From the NCBI GenBank assembly GCA_002104905.1, contig MCFE01000519.1, positions 1 to 63,103 on the forward strand: a stretch of 63,103 bases of DNA, given 5' to 3'. This stretch comes from Basidiobolus meristosporus CBS 931.73 (lineage: Eukaryota; Fungi; Basidiobolomycota). A program made the position numbers and the translations under genes. Below are positions 24,632 through 37,544 of this stretch, one piece after another (the stretch's first letter is position 1; each line of letters starts with the position of its first letter). The notes beneath the pieces were generated by a model. That model was not told the DNA's origin, made no database searches, and was given only the letters and a program-made list of their open reading frames with translations.

Positions 24632-26284
24632 TCAACAAGCCCCGAGGTGAGTCCAGACATTCTGACTGTTGTTGCCTGGGGTGTCGTTCTGAGTCCACCA
24701 CTTGGCTTGCCAGAGGTGTGCCTTGTACACTGCCTTTTGTGCTCCATTGTACGCGGTGGATGCGTTCCAATCAGCAACGCCGTTGCAAATCCCGGGAACT
24801 GAGGTGGGGCTGGGCGATCCGGAGGTGGTGGTGACACTGGAGGTAGCAGATGGGACAGTTGAGGTCTTGCTGGTGATGGTCGTGGTTGGTTGCACAGTGG
24901 ATGTGGGTACTGGTGGAACGCTGGGTGATGGGCATCCTGAGCCAGTGCAGCGGACTCCTTGCAGGACGTTGAGAAGCTCGTCGTTGGAGTCATGACTCAT
25001 ATCCCAGTACATCACGCCTCGAAGGCCAGATTGTCTGGTGTGGTCAACCTTGATCTTGAGTGATTGAGGATCGTCGTAGGAGATGAATCGCTTGTCACTG
25101 GCTCTGAACAGCCAGGGGGTCTGGGTGGTGTTGTCCCAGTAACGACTCCAGCCACTGACGGGGGTAGTGGTGCCAGATTGGAGGATGTCACTGCGGATGG
25201 ACTTCCACTTCCAGATGCCAGAGTAGAACGTCCCTTCGTTACAGAACGAGTTGGGCTCATTGGCGTCATACGAGTCACCCTTGGGTGTCACACTCTCCTT
25301 CGCAGCATACATGTTGCCGGGGTTGGCATTCATGTCAACAGTGGCAGTGAGGGAGCGGCCATAGAACGGCACTCCCATGACAAGCTTGTTGGCTGGCCAC
25401 TTGGCCCCGAGCCAATCATTGATGGACTGGCGGAAAGAGTAGGCATCACCACCCTTCGCAGTATCATAGTCGAATGGGGCATTTGGGCCAGTGGTGGCTG
25501 ACCATGATCCCATGATGTCGTAGGCCATGACATTGATGAAGTCAAAGTACTGAGCATATGCTGACACATCAGCCATCGGCTTGCCATCCACACCATCGAA
25601 TGGCTGAACTCTCACGGCAGCGGTCAGCAGCTTGTGCTCGTTGGGGAACTCGGCATCGAGGGCGGCTCTGAGCTCCTTGAGGAGGATGAGGTAGTTGGCA
25701 CTATCGTTCTTGTCAACGATGTTACAAATGGCCGCATTTCTGCCAGGATACTCCCAATCAATGTCAATTCCGTCAAGGTCCCAGCCATCTGGGTTCTCAT
25801 CGTAGTCGGGCTTTGTGTTCTTGCGCACGAACACAAGTGCATTGTTGATGAACTTCTTGCGCAATGCTGCATCTCGCACAATGGTGGAGAATGTCTGGCT
25901 ACCTGTCCAGCCACCCAGTGACATCAGTGTCTTGACACCCTTTGCACTGGCAAGCTGCTTCAGCTTGCGGATTCTGGTACCATCGTAGTATCTATCAATA
26001 GTGATGGCAGTCGGGTCACTGGTCTTCTTGGTTAGTACTCCGAAACCTATTCACAGACAAGTGGTTAGTCAAGGACAGATCAACCGAGAAGTCGTCTAAA
26101 ACCACTGTTTGGACTGACCATAGTTGATGTGGGTGACCTTATCGAGGCTTAGCTGCTCAGGCTCTACCTTACCCCACGGTACATAGTAGCCAACGACCAC
26201 CTTGTCGTCTGCAGCCTCAATGGATAAAGGAGCAAGCAGTAAGGTGGCAGAGATCGTCGAGATCAAGAAGAGTTTGAGTTTCAT
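24632..26284 (-). CDS. GH18+CBM chitinase, copy 2
   Basis: Near-identical to copy 1, including the intron. Confidence 0.95.
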
Positions 26285-26778
26285 TGCAAGCAGTAGATGA
26301 TGCTTTGGCTGAGAAGGATTAAGGGCTGGATATATAGGCAGAACGTGAGTAATTGAGGCATCAGGCGAAGACCAATTTAGCATAATTGGAACCAAGTCTA
26401 GTAAGGAGCTGCCAACCAATAAATCCGTATAAGGTGATGTGAAGAAGCCCATGTTGCATCAAAGCCAGGAAATCAGGGAGAGAAAACTGGAAAATTTCCT
26501 GGATGATCATCAGTGATATCTGGAACTCCACCACTTGGAGAGGGATCCTTGCATTTCTAGAACAAATACTTCAGCATGCAATCTTGATCCTAGCCAAATA
26601 CGAATATAGCACAGAGGAACAGTTGTATCTGAGATATTCATACCAAAGAATGGATGTAATTATGCACTTGTAATTTTTACCGATATATCATACATTGAAG
26701 CAATATTGTTGGAAAGGTATGTTTTATTGTTGTCATAGTCAGGGAGAGTAATCAAAAATTGATTCCTGATTCGGAAAT

Positions 26779-28416
26779 TTAACAGGACCCGAGGTCGTTC
26801 CAGACATTTTGGCTGTTGCTGCCAGGAGTATCATTTTGAGTCCACCACTTGGCTTGCCAGAGGTGTCCCTTATATACTACCTTTTGAGCTGCATTATAAG
26901 CGGTGGCAGCACTCCAATCAGCAACACCACTACAATTTCCGGGAGCTGAGGTGGGGCTGGGCGATCCGGAGGTGGTGGTGGCACTGGAGGTAGCAGATGG
27001 GACAGTTGAGGTCTTGCTGGTGATGGTCGTGGTTGGTTGCACAGTGGATGTGGGTACTGGTGGAACGCTGGGTGATGGGCATCCTGAGCCAGTGCAGCGG
27101 ACTCCTTGCAGGACGTTGAGAAGCTCGTCGTTGGAGTCATGACTCATATCCCAGTACATCACGCCCCGAAGGCCAGATTGTCTGGTGTGGTCAACCTTGA
27201 TCTTGAGTGATTGAGGATCGTCGTAAGAGATGAATCGCTTGTCACTGGCTCTGAACAACCAGGGGGTCTGGGTGGTGTTGTCCCAGTAACGACTCCAGCC
27301 ACTGACGGGGGTAGTGGTGCCAGATTGGAGGATGTCACTGCGGATGGACTTCCACTTCCAGATGCCAGAGTAGAACGTCCCTTCGTTACAGAACGAGTTG
27401 GGCTCATTGGCGTCATACGAGTCACCCTTGGGTGTCACGCTATCCTTCGCAGCATACATGTTGCCGGGGTTGGCATTCATGTCAACAGTGGCAGTGAGGG
27501 AGCGGCCATAGAACGGCACTCCCATGACAAGCTTGTTGGCTGGCCACTTGGCTCCGAGCCAATCATTAATGGCTTGACGGAAAGAGTAGGCATCACCACC
27601 CTTCGCAGTATCATAGTCGAATGGGGCATTTGGGCCAGTGGTGGCCGACCATGATCCCATGATGTCGTAGGCCATGACATTGATGAAGTCAAAGTACTGA
27701 GCATACGCTGACACATCAGCCATCGGCTTGCCATCCACACCATCGAATGGCTGAACTCTCACGGCAGCGGTCAGCAGCTTGTGCTCGTTGGGGAACTCGG
27801 CATCGAGGGCTGCTCTGAGCTCCTTGAGGAGGATGAGGTAGTTGGCACTATCGTTCTTGTCAACGATGTTACAAATGGCCGCATTTCTGCCAGGATACTC
27901 CCAATCGATGTCAATTCCGTCAAGGTCCCAGCCATCTGGATTAGCATCGTAGTCGGGCTTTGTGTTCTTGCGCACGAACACAAGTGCATTGTTGATGAAC
28001 TTCTTGCGCAATGCTGCATCTCGTACAATGGTGGAGAATGTCTGGCTACCTGTCCAGCCACCCAGTGACATCAGTGTCTTGACACCCTTTGCACTGGCAA
28101 GCTGCTTCAGCTTGCGGATTCTGTTGCCATCGTAGTATCTATCAATAGTAATCTCGGTGGGATCAGCAGTTTTCTTGGTCAACACACCAAAACCTTGAAA
28201 GAAATTAGCATAAGCGCCTCAATGCATTTGCAACATTCGCGGATACTAACCATAGTTGATATGGGTGACTTTGTCCAAGCTTAGCTGCTCAGGCTCCACC
28301 TTACCCCATGGGACGTAGTAGCCAACAACCACCTTGTCATCAGCTGCTGAACCCTCCAAAGGAGCAAAGAGTATAGCGGCGGAGATAGTCGAGAGCACAA
28401 GGATGTTGAGTTTCAT
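26779..28416 (-). CDS. GH18+CBM chitinase, copy 3 (divergent CBM)
   Basis: Same catalytic motifs; different signal peptide and intron; CBM reads NCSGVADWSAATAYNAAQKVVYKGHLW. Confidence 0.95.
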
Positions 28417-29095
28417 TGCGATACTATCGAAGTATTTGAGTTGATGCACTACTTCATTACTGAGGAAGTATATTTATACCAATTGGTGAAATACCAATTT
28501 TTATTAAGTCGCCAGTAATCTAACCAGTTTCTGAACATACATAGTGATAATTGCTAGTTACCAGGCCGTTTGTAGTTACACTTGACTCGTGATAGCGGAG
28601 TTGCGGTCATCCTTACCAAATTAGTTCTAATCGAGCTTTGATTTGCCCGTAGCATACTGATTAATGCTGAATATACTTTGCTCACTGTGAAGACCCAGCT
28701 ACTTTACTTGAAAGGAATGTTATCGGTTAGAAAATCTAGATATGGTATCTCACTATGGTTCAGGGGCTTTACGCAATAATGGTCTCCGGCATTTCCGAGA
28801 GCCTATTTTGGTATGCAAATTTCGTTTATTGAATGCATAGAACACTTTTGATGCAGTCCATAAGGTAGTGCTTTCTGAACATCAGACAAAGTATGGCGAA
28901 GTTGGTAATTTCCCACAAGCGGTGCCGTAGGAGGTAAAAGTATGTTTACGCATGCTAATTTTCCTGGAGACTACTGGAAACGGTAAGGATGAGTGTTTAA
29001 TCATCAAGGTGGATACTAGGAGAGGTAACTATCTGACCATTCAAACAACCAAAACAGTATCAAAAGAATTGTTTATTCAGATTCCCACATGCTAA

Positions 29096-30733
29096 TTAAC
29101 AAGCACCGAGATCGGTCCAGACATTTTGGCTATTGCTACCAGGGGTATCATTCTGAGTCCACCACTTGGCTTGCCAGAGGTGTGCCTTGTACACTGCCTT
29201 TTGCGCTCCATTGTACGCGGTGGATGCGTTCCAATCAGCAACGCCGTTGCAAATCCCGGGAACTGAGGTGGGGCTGGGCGATCCGGAGGTGGTGGTGACA
29301 CTGGAGGTAGCAGATGGGACAGTTGAGGTCTTGCTGGTGATGGTCGTGGTTGGTTGCACAGTGGATGTGGGTACTGGTGGAACGCTGGGTGATGGGCATC
29401 CTGAGCCAGTGCAGCGGACTCCTTGCAGGACGTTGAGAAGCTCGTCGTTGGAGTCATGACTCATATCCCAGTACATCACGCCTCGAAGGCCAGATTGTCT
29501 GGTGTGGTCAACCTTGATCTTGAGTGATTGAGGATCGTCGTAGGAGATGAATCGCTTGTCACTGGCTCTGAACAGCCAGGGGGTCTGGGTGGTGTTGTCC
29601 CAGTAACGACTCCAGCCACTGACGGGGGTAGTGGTGCCAGATTGGAGGATGTCACTGCGGATGGACTTCCACTTCCAGATGCCAGAGTAGAACGTCCCTT
29701 CGTTACAGAACGAGTTGGGCTCATTGGCGTCATACGAGTCACCCTTGGGTGTCACGCTATCCTTCGCAGCATACATGTTGCCGGGGTTGGCATTCATGTC
29801 AACAGTGGCAGTGAGGGAGCGGCCATAGAACGGCACTCCCATGACAAGCTTGTTGGCTGGCCACTTGGCTCCGAGCCAATCATTAATGGCTTGACGGAAA
29901 GAGTAGGCATCACCACCCTTCGCAGTATCATAGTCGAATGGGGCATTTGGGCCAGTGGTGGCTGACCATGATCCCATGATGTCGTAGGCCATGACATTGA
30001 TGAAGTCAAAGTACTGAGCATACGCTGACACATCAGCCATCGGCTTGCCATCCACACCATCGAATGGCTGAACTCTCACGGCAGCGGTCAGCAGCTTGTG
30101 CTCGTTGGGGAACTCGGCATCAAGGGCGGCTCTGAGCTCCTTGAGGAGGATGAGGTAGTTGGCACTGTCGTTCTTGTCAACGATGTTACAAATGGCCGCA
30201 TTTCTGCCAGGATACTCCCAATCGATGTCGATTCCGTCAAGGTCCCAGCCATCTGGATTAGCATCGTAGTCGGGCTTTGTGTTCTTGCGCACGAACACAA
30301 GTGCATTGTTGATGAACTTCTTGCGCAATGCTGCATCTCGTACAATGGTGGAGAATGTCTGGCTACCTGTCCAGCCACCCAGTGACATCAGTGTCTTGAC
30401 ACCCTTTGCACTGGCAAGCTGCTTCAGCTTGCGGATTCTGTTGCCATCGTAGTATCTATCAATAGTAATCTCGGTGGGATCAGCAGTTTTCTTGGTCAAC
30501 ACACCAAAACCTTGAAAGAAATTAGCATAAGCGCCTCAATGCATTTGCAACATTCGCGGATACTAACCATAGTTGATATGGGTGACTTTGTCCAAGCTTA
30601 GCTGCTCAGGCTCCACCTTACCCCATGGGACGTAGTAGCCAACAACCACCTTGTCATCAGCTGCTGAACCCTCCAAAGGAGCAAAGAGTATTGCGGCAGA
30701 GATGGTTGAGAGCAGAAGGATATTAATCTTCAT
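29096..30733 (-). CDS. GH18+CBM chitinase, copy 4
   Basis: 5' part and intron like copy 3; CBM like copies 1 and 2. Confidence 0.95.
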
Positions 30734-32732
30734 CGTAGGCTTGCTTCGATTATGAATTACTTGGCTTTCCAAGATGATGCCTTTTATAGTTTCTGTCATC
30801 ATATGGAGAGCCTTTTGAATGTTGTTGCCACGGTATATGGGAATCCACCATAACAAGATTACGATTCCCGATTGAAGCATGGCAACACAGCATTTAATAT
30901 ATCTACGAATTGCTTATCCCTTCCTAAAGTGTTCATATTAGCGACAATTAAGGCATCTATGTGGGATTGAGAAAAGGAGCATTGGTAATTCATGTAAGCC
31001 TATGGTATATTTTAACATTTGGCTTGAATGCGAATGAACATACCTGACCGACCACGGTCCGAGTTTTGTCTTTACAATACTTGATACTTTTTCCAGGATG
31101 AAGGATATTCTCGTTAAACATCACGGAAGATTTCATTTTATTGCTTGTTCACAAACTGTTCGTTGTATTATACAAAGTAGCTGTATATTCAAAGCGAAGA
31201 ACGGGGGCATATGTGACTTGCACTGCGCAGTTAATGGATTGATCGTGTCGAAAGTGACAAGGGACTTGGATCTGACAACTTTCCCAATTAAAGCTTGGTT
31301 TAGTTGAACAAAATACATTCGTAGAACGAAGAAACTGGTTCAGTGTAATAAAAGTCCTAATCAAATTCTCATCTGGATCCCACCTAACTTACAGTCATTT
31401 ACGGTATCTAACATTTCGTTGCGGCAAAAAATGTTAGCTACACTGGGGTAGATATATTGCTAATAATGCAGGTCTGTTTACGGTATTACAAGTACCTAAT
31501 CTACTTCAAAGTCTATCATTGTTCTTTCTACACTCTCTAATCACTAGCATATGGCTTTGGCTTGGATTATGTCAAGTCATTTATATATATTTATCGGCAC
31601 GTTCTGGTCGGGTTTAGTACTTTCATAATGATATGCCTACCCCCGCGATTTCGTAGGTTTTGTTGATTCTTCGCTCTGACTTGTAAGCACGCTATGTACA
31701 TTTTCCAACCACATGAAGTATTATGGCTTGATTTGTTCGATTATAAAACTGAATTAATTGCTGATTAATCATTACAATATACAATGAGCGTGTTTTGATT
31801 TCGTCATAGTAGAGGCCTCTATACATGACTTGCACCACGTCAATATTGATGAGAGTTACCACTGCGAGGTTCCGGTTGTGCTGGGACCAGACTGGCAGAT
31901 CTACACCTGCACTGATTGATAACCGTGATTGCATCAGGTTACTAAGGTGGATGCTGTTGAGTAACCAAGTAGCGACCTTATACGAATCGAACTTACTAGG
32001 GGGTAATCTCGTTTTAGTATCGAGCATCACGCATTGAATCTTGCCTAGTCCACCAGGTACCCCGCTCAGTAGATTATCAAAAATCTGGTACAGCGGCATC
32101 TTTCCTTTTTTGGGATGGACAGCATAATTTAAGGATCACCAATACAATAAAATGACCATAATAAAGCTTTTCAGGAAGTAGTTCAAGGTCAGGGTCAAAG
32201 CGGAGATGTGATTATCAATCATAAGGGATCTTCAGAGAGTGTGCTACTTGATACTGAAACTGAGTTGGAGGATAAACTTCTGGGAAATGGATTGTGGAAT
32301 GTACTAAAATGGTTTTCTCAAATATATACGCGTATGAATTGAATTTCAACATGGCCTCAGATATATATATATATACACATGAAATGAATTTCTACATGAC
32401 CTCAAATATACACCTGAAACTCGTTCTTGGTTCAACACACTTGAGCCATCGGTGATCTGAATCAATCAGATCAATGACGGCCTCCGCGTAAACGTACGAC
32501 ATGGCTTATTTATTTACCAGCTATAGGAGAGGAAGCTCGCTAAAGATTCCAATGCTTGCTCGCATGACTCAGCTCCGCCAGTTTCACCATAATATATTTT
32601 ACCTCACCCATTGGTCTACAGCTACAAACCTGTTGTGTTGGTTGCGCTAGGAAATAGCTATATATACAGAGGGGAGATACTTCCAAATGAAACTAGCCAT
32701 CTAGAGACCTTTGCACGCTCCATCTTGTTATC

Positions 32733-33623
32733 ATGTATTCTAACTGTCTCCGGTTCACAACTCACCCCGACTTCCTCCCTGTTACCACTAGAGCTGAAGA
32801 AGGTCTCGAGAACCAAATTTACCATGACATTTGGTTCAAATCCTCCAAAGGGAATGAGCTTCATGTGACAAAACCTTCTAAGCTGTCACCAAACGCAACC
32901 GCCCAGGTGACTCCTTTATTCCTATTTCCCTCTTCAAGCCAGGCCTCCGATTTGATCTGTTCGCAAAGCGTCAAATCGTGTGGCCCGGAGTTTTCCCCTA
33001 TCAACAGCCAATCAAGCACATCTGGAAGTGAGCACGGAGCAAATCTCTTCGATCTAATCGGTTTGGACGTCCTCCCTGATTACCAGACAACCTTTAAAAA
33101 CATTATTCGTTGGAATTCCACCATCGACAGCAAGGCAATCCCTCCATTAGATCGCAGGTATAGTATGGACTCGGCCATTTCCCTGCCCCTTGGTGTGTGG
33201 AACAAATTCCACGACACACCAGCAACATCCTCGGATGATTCCTTACTACTTACTTGTCCCTACTCACCGATATCAAGTAATACAGCAGATTCGAGGTTCT
33301 TATCTGATAGTAGACACTCTTCATCATTGAAATGCCCATACGGTGGGTGCAGAAAACTTTTTACAACTGTACATTCCCTTCGCATCCATCTTCGCTTGCA
33401 CGATCCAGAAAGGCCATATCAGTGTGATCAATGTGGGAAATATTTTGATAGAATCCATGACCTACAACGCCACTCCTTGACCCACCTACCAGTCAAGGGA
33501 TTCCCTTGCACTTCGTGTGGACGTGGATTTAGTCGATCCGATGCGGTGAAGAGGCATGCCCGCAGATGTACCGGAAAGCCCAGCAAAAGCCAGGCCAAAG
33601 GAAACAAATCCAAGCCTCAGTAG
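32733..33623 (+). CDS. C2H2 zinc-finger transcription factor (three C-terminal fingers, Crz1-like arrangement)
   Basis: CPYGGCRKLF..HLRLH, CDQCGKYFDRIHDLQRHSLTH and CTSCGRGFSRSDAVKRH, preceded by a Ser-rich region. Confidence 0.85.
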   Translation: MYSNCLRFTTHPDFLPVTTRAEEGLENQIYHDIWFKSSKGNELHVTKPSKLSPNATAQVTPLFLFPSSSQASDLICSQSVKSCGPEFSPINSQSSTSGSEHGANLFDLIGLDVLPDYQTTFKNIIRWNSTIDSKAIPPLDRRYSMDSAISLPLGVWNKFHDTPATSSDDSLLLTCPYSPISSNTADSRFLSDSRHSSSLKCPYGGCRKLFTTVHSLRIHLRLHDPERPYQCDQCGKYFDRIHDLQRHSLTHLPVKGFPCTSCGRGFSRSDAVKRHARRCTGKPSKSQAKGNKSKPQ

Positions 33624-33975
33624 CCATTGAATGGTTCACTTCCATACCTGAGCCTCAACATTCGGTGGAACCCAGTGTTCAAGATTTGTCCGATCTTGAG
33701 ATATGCTGTAATATGTGATTATTGTACAGAAATTTTGTTATAATGAGCCTGCATCCTACCCATCCCCGCATTTAGCCAATAAACATGTCTTGATATATAT
33801 ATATATAGCTTTACACAACTACACTAGATATACTTCACTCCGGTTGTGACTTTCCTCATATACTTTGCGTAGAACTTGTTCAGCATTCAGATTTTAGATG
33901 ATTGTGGGGTTGGACAAGTCTTGACTGGGATATCAGAAACCGATAAGATTACATATCTATGTTACCAATTCTAGT

Positions 33976-34030
33976 CCTAACCTAACCTAGCCCAACCCTA
34001 ACCACTTACCCCATATACCTGACCTAAACC
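33976..34030. repeat. Degenerate interstitial CCTAA/CCCTAA tract
   Basis: cctaacctaacctagcccaaccctaaccacttacccc...gacctaaacc. Confidence 0.4.
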
Positions 34031-34341
34031 AAGTGATCCAAATTTGCTTAAACCTAATCATCTTTTACTGCATGATTAATTCGATTCACTGAAGTCCCTT
34101 GGCATAACTTACTCAAGCCAATCAGAGTTAAGGGTGACGGATGGTTTACGACTCTTCTGTTCTGGCTTCTACTATCAATCGCTTAACCACCATATATCAA
34201 CTGGTTTCGAAAGTTCAAGCTTTCTCAGATATTACTCGTACGTATTCCACATACACTGTATTTTCTTTTTAGAGCCTCTCTCTGACCAACCTCATACCTA
34301 TATCCGTACAGCACTATTCTACTCGATTCAATTCCATCACG

Positions 34342-37300
34342 ATGGACGCCAACCTCATAAAAACTGTCAATAGGTTACAAGATGCTTTCGCTACTGTTGG
34401 AGTTCATAACCCAGTAGATTTACCTCAGATTGCAGTTATCGGAAGGTAAATATCCACTTACTCTTGTCACGTGGTGCTTTGATTTCTCATCTTGAATCTT
34501 CCTTCTAGTCAGAGTAGTGGTAAAAGTTCTGTGTTAGAAAACATTGTCGGTCGTGATTTTCTTCCTAGAGGCACCGGGATTGTAACACGAAGACCCTTGG
34601 TACGCACCACCTCTGGTATTGGCCCCTCATCGCCTCCCTAATCTATTATTCCACGTGCAGATTTTGCAACTCATCAATAGACCATCCAAGAAAGACGCGG
34701 CTAACAAAGCTGCCACTGATAGCAAGGGAGCTACTGAAAATGGAGAATCTGACAACACTAAAGGTAATATCTCCATTTCATTCACCGGCTGTCTATCCCC
34801 AACTTATAATACGCAATCACTAGCCTCTGCCACAAATGGGAAACAAGAGGAAGCGGAAGAGTGGGGAGAGTTCCTTCACTTACCTGGAGTCAAGTTCACC
34901 GACTTCAACAAGATCAGAGAAGAGATTGTCAAGGAAACCGAGTCCAAGACCGGTAAAAATGCAGGTGAGCTTACTTATACTCTCGCTTTACCTCCTCGCC
35001 GGGGCCTAAGAAAGCGCAAATCTTCTCTCCGTAGGAATCTCTCCTCAGCCTATAAACCTTCGAATCTATTCGCCCAATGTGTTGACCTTGACTTTGGTCG
35101 ACTTGCCTGGTTTGACGAAGGTGAGTTGGTTTTCAGCTTGAAGACAAATCTCAAGACTGACTCAAACTCTGTCCACTCTCCAGGTTCCTGTGGGCGATCA
35201 ACCGAAGGACATTGAGAAACAGATCAGAGATATGATCATCAAATACATCACCAAGCCCAATGCGATTATCCTGGCTGTTACTGCTGGCAACACAGATCTT
35301 GCCAACTCTGACGGCCTCAAGCTTGCTAGAGAAGTTGACCCCGAAGGTAATCACCCATTTCGCATTGCACTGAAAGATCATACTAAATGCTTCCCTTTCA
35401 TGTAGGTCTTCGCACCATCGGTGTTCTTACCAAGATTGACCTAATGTTAGTGATGATTCATTGTACAATTGGATTTTTGGCAGTGGTCTAACTGAATGTG
35501 CTTGTAGGGATCATGGCACCGATGTAGTAGATATTTTGGCTGGCCGCATTATCCCCCTTAGATTAGGTATGATTGAGAATAGTCTTGGATGATTCTGCAA
35601 GCTCATGTTCTTTCCAAAAATAGGCTATGTCCCCGTCATTAACCGTGGACAACGCGATATTGACAACAAGAAGTCCATCCACTCGGCTTTGGACAATGAG
35701 AAGCAGTTCTTCGAGAACCATCCTTCCTACAGGAGCAAGGCCCAGTATTGCGGTACCCCATTCTTGGCAAGAAAGCTCAACATGGTAAGAGTGATGTGTC
35801 TGAAGATATCGACCAAACGGGTATTCAAAGTGGCCTTTAGATCTTGATGCATCACATCCGCAACACACTTCCAGAGATTAAGGCCAAGATTCAAGCTGCT
35901 CTGGCCAAATACCAAGCTGAGCTTGCGCAACTCGGAGATCCGGTGGAGGATAGCAACTCTCACCAGGTATGCATCCCTCATCTCCTCACTCGAATGAGCC
36001 AATCCTGATCATTCCCCTCCCGTAGGCTAACATGGTTCTCAACGTTATTACCGAATTCTGCAATGAATTCCGCACCATTATTGATGGTAAATCAAATGAG
36101 CTAACCAGCTTCGAGCTGAGTGGAGGTGCGCGAATTAGCTTTGTGTTCCACGAGGTGTTCGCAAATGGTGTCAAGAGCATCGATCCATTCGACCAAGTCA
36201 AGGATGTGGACATTCGCACAATCCTATACAACTCATCTGTACGTCCTTCTCATTTGAACCATTGGTGCTGATAGAAGAGAATAACACGTCTCCCTAGGGT
36301 TCTTCGCCTGCGTTGTTCGTCGGCACTGCTGCCTTTGAGGTGATTGTCAAGCAACAAATCAAAAGACTGGAAGAGCCAAGCACGAAGTGCATCACCCTTG
36401 TTTATGACGAACTGGTTCGAATTCTTTCCCAACTATTGCAGAAGCAGGTGCGATTTAAATCCAGTTGAAATCAAGTGAAACAGATGTTGACTCTCATTTG
36501 AATCATCAGTTGTTTAGAAGATTCCCCGAGCTTAAGGAGAAGTTTTATTCGGTGGTGATCGCTTTTTACAAGAAAGCGTTGTCTCCTACTTCCAAGCTTG
36601 TGCAGGATTTGATCTCGTAAGTTGAGAAACTCAGTATACTCCCCAGTATGGCTTACCAATCGATTGCATTTTCACCCGGGAAACAGCATGGAGTCCTGCT
36701 ATATTAACACCGGACATCCCGATTTCCTTAGCGGACACAAAGCATTGGCTATAGTCAACGAAAGAGTCAATGCAACCAAGAATCCTCCCAATCATCCTGA
36801 CTCCAAGAAAAGTGGCACAAGCCCCCCAACCGGCAACCCTGGACTCTCATTGCTCAACCAAGATTCGGAAAGCTCTACCGGATTCTTTGGCAGCTTCTTC
36901 TCTAGTAGCAGCAACAAGAAAAAGACTGCTCTCATGGAGTCTGTAAGTGTCTGGGATAGCTAATTTTGTACGTATCAATGGGGTACTAAAGATTTGGTTA
37001 TGACACAGCCTCCAGCTGTTCTAAAAGCAAGTGGCACTCTTTCGGAGAGAGAGTACATGGAGACGGAAGTGATAAGTAAGTTCATTGAAACGGATAATAT
37101 CTCCCCTCCTGGCGAGCTAACCTCGTTTATCCCGCAGAGCTTCTAATCCAGTCGTACTACAATATCGTCAAGCGAACCGTCATTGACATGGTCCCCAAGG
37201 CCATTATGCTCAATCTGGTTACACAGGCAAAGGAGAACCTTCAACGGGAGTTGCTTGCGGAACTCTACAAATCTGAGGTGCTGGATGAGCTGTTGAAGGA

Positions 37301-37544
37301 GAGCGAATTCACCCTCCAAAGACGCAAGGAATGCAAGAAGATGATTGAGGTAGATTCACATCAATCAACCATTGTTTACCAAAAGCACGCACTAACCTAG
37401 GATTGTATTGGGGAACCAAATTTAGGCACTTCAAAAGGCAGATGAGGTAATGCAAGTCCACCAATCAGGCCCATTTTGACAAACCTTATTAATTAGTTTT
37501 CCCGATCACCGACCACTTTCATATAGATCGTTGCTACTGTTTAA
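34342..37544 (+). CDS. VPS1: Dynamin-like GTPase Vps1 (about 17 introns)
   Basis: [17 protein letters not shown]1 [32 protein letters not shown], and [15 protein letters not shown]. Confidence 0.95.

Noticed and set aside
12771-30385. Numerous 60-175 aa antisense and alternate-frame ORFs over the SHMT and chitinase genes
   Set aside because: Shadow ORFs caused by codon bias in highly expressed genes; they recur only because the host genes are duplicated.
12723-30733. Tandem copies as pure assembly artefacts
   Set aside because: Each copy has private substitutions and unrelated flanks; long-read confirmation is still advisable.
31692-32099. 135-aa minus-strand ORF between chitinase 4 and the C2H2 gene
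   Set aside because: No recognisable motif, signal peptide or codon bias; left unannotated.
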